NCBI GenBank assembly: GCA_047495785.1
Contig: JBLDXI010000019.1
Span: 3,162,001-3,226,000, forward strand
Reading direction: 5' to 3'
DNA length: 64,000 nt
Source of the DNA: Lepidodermella squamata
Taxonomy: Eukaryota > Animalia > Gastrotricha
The notes beneath the pieces are model-generated. The model ran no database searches. It was not told the DNA's origin and saw nothing but the letters and a program-made list of their open reading frames with translations. This document shows positions 62,396 through 64,000 of this stretch, one piece after another. The translations under genes were made by a program, and so were the position numbers. Positions within the stretch are counted from its first letter, which is position 1; each line of letters starts with the position of its first letter.

Positions 62396-62779
62396 TCAAT
62401 TTCCGGCCATTATGTCGCGAGCCAGCATCTGAGCCCAAATGTAGAAGCCAACGGTATGTTTGCAGATAGCAGCCGAGCCAAGTTGCGCAATGCATTTTCG
62501 CATTCGCTGTCGCTGCACGCCGTGATTTCGTGCTGTGTGCGCCAGGTTGGCCAAACCTCTGTAATCTTGCTGCTGTACCAACATTGATACAAGATTTCCT
62601 GAGAAAAAAGTTAGGCTAAGACAAATCTGTTTTATAAGAAGCCTCCACTTACGGAAATATTCGATTTTATCTCCTGAATCACCCTGAGATTCTTTTAATG
62701 GTGAGGATGATGCGATTGATGCCACTGCCAAGGATAGGAAAATTGCTTGATGGAAAATTGACTTCATATTAATCGCCAT
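62396..62779 (-). CDS. Secreted prepropeptide, copy C (109 aa). Exons 62779-62653, 62598-62396
   Basis: Signal AIFLSLAVASIASS, a 54-bp GTAAGT...TTCTCAG intron at the same position as in A and B, then RQRMRK-CIAQLGSAAICKHTVGFYIWAQMLARDIMAGN*. Confidence 0.85.
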   Translation of the reverse strand: MAINMKSIFHQAIFLSLAVASIASSSPLKESQGDSGDKIEYFRKWRLLIKQICLSLTFFSGNLVSMLVQQQDYRGLANLAHTARNHGVQRQRMRKCIAQLGSAAICKHTVGFYIWAQMLARDIMAGN

Positions 62780-63703
62780 AAAAATGCACAGTTATTGAAT
62801 ATGGCATGTTATGGCATGTTATATACGCCGTTTCGTCCTCCTGAGAAGCGAATTTCCTGATTCGATTAGCCGCTGGTTCAATCCGCGTGATCGGTTCAGG
62901 GACTTATTATATTTATCGCACCATGCATTCGGCATATTTTTCGAGGATAGCTACCTATACAGTGATTGATTACCTTCAAACGAGACGCAGAAATCGGACA
63001 TGTTTGCGTTCCTTTGTGATACAAGACACGGCATAATTTAACCGAAACTTCGTTTTATCCGTTATCAAGCAGCTGATGCGGCGCCTACCATCATGTAAAA
63101 ATGATACTCAGATATATGTTATTTATCGTGGAACGGTATTTGAAAGATTTAACCATAAAGAATTTTTGACATCCATCAGGTGTTCTCAATAATATTAAGT
63201 TACATAAAGGTGCCGGCGCTCATTTGCCGGTGATGCCCTTTTTATGAACCAACCAACTGCTTTTAGAGATGATTCATCGAGCGTTTGCCTAATTTTAATA
63301 TCCTTTTCAAATTTATAGTTTCGATTAATCTCTCAATCCAATTGCCGGAAATCGAGGTGGAGTGCTTATTCGATTATCCGTTGCTTCAATTTAGGTGATT
63401 GTTTTGCAGTAATTGCATCACTGAAGTGGTGGCAACTGGCAATGGGGAATCACCTCGCAGTTTCTAGATGAGGTTGTTATGGTGACGACATGCGTCATTT
63501 GTTGCGCCATGAAGCGGTGTCGAATCAGTCATACCTCGCTGCCTTGACAATCATTTAGGAAGGCAGTTTGATCTCCGTCATGCAGATAGCAATACATTTA
63601 CTGGTTGGGCCAAATATTAGTTCCGAACAATTATAGGAATACGGTTCCCACTTATGCAAACTCAATTAGGCCGAATCTCGCAGTTTTTCCTAGATTAACT
63701 AAG

Positions 63704-63873
63704 ATTGTTAGCGTCGTTGAATAACTCGGACTAAGCCAACGTTACTTATGTTTTAAAATGATAGATTGCAAGTTCTTCCTCAGAATTAACGCATCAACAC
63801 GCTTTTTTACCCATCCCCTTACAGCGGACGTGAACACGGTTAAAGCTGAGTTATTCTACGTAGCGTAAACAAT
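63704..63873. mobile_element. Second copy of the 18212-18408 MITE family
   Basis: GTTAGCGTCGTTGAATAACTCGG...GAGTTATTCTACGTAGCGTAAAC shares termini with the 18.2 kb element. Confidence 0.65.
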
Positions 63874-64000
63874 ATGGCTAACAGGATGGCATGTTCACTA
63901 AGAACGAGGGTTGAATGCGGTCACTCTCGCTGGCAACCTCAATGACAATGCTAAACTGGGGTTTCCGTTCTTCATGACTATAGCTAGGACATTTGGGGCA

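Noticed and set aside
57601-62779. Calling the 32-aa peptide calcitonin/DH31
   Set aside because: The ring is C-x9-C and there is no C-terminal Pro-Gly amidation signal.
1-64000. Prokaryotic features (CRISPR arrays, defence operons, rRNA or tRNA genes)
   Set aside because: Genes are spliced metazoan types. I saw no repeat-spacer array and no recognisable structural RNA.

Overview
This is eukaryotic (invertebrate animal) genomic DNA, not prokaryotic. Genes have GT-AG introns, many only 47-62 bp, and the intergenic DNA is AT-rich. From left to right the window holds: the 3' part of a biogenic-amine-type GPCR with an NRY motif in place of DRY; two tandem ~1,720-aa secreted lectin-mosaic genes (PAN, discoidin/FA58C, LamG and F-type lectin domains), the second with introns inflated by nested LINEs, MITEs and a hAT element; a proline-rich ORF; a prokineticin/astakine (colipase-fold) precursor; two paralogous 6-Cys prepropeptides; a TSSK-family kinase; four tightly packed secreted paralogues whose N-terminal half resembles Cry delta-endotoxin domain I and whose C-terminal half has threefold beta-trefoil-like repeats; an EHD/RME-1 gene; and an array of three prepropeptide genes with a nearly invariant 32-aa C-x9-C peptide, interleaved with two divergent relatives that lack the peptide. 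The best candidate for a new system is the Cry-like secreted pore-forming-toxin cluster within a region rich in secreted effectors. Gene models were assembled by hand from splice signals and frame checks, and family calls are motif recognition by eye, with no database searches.
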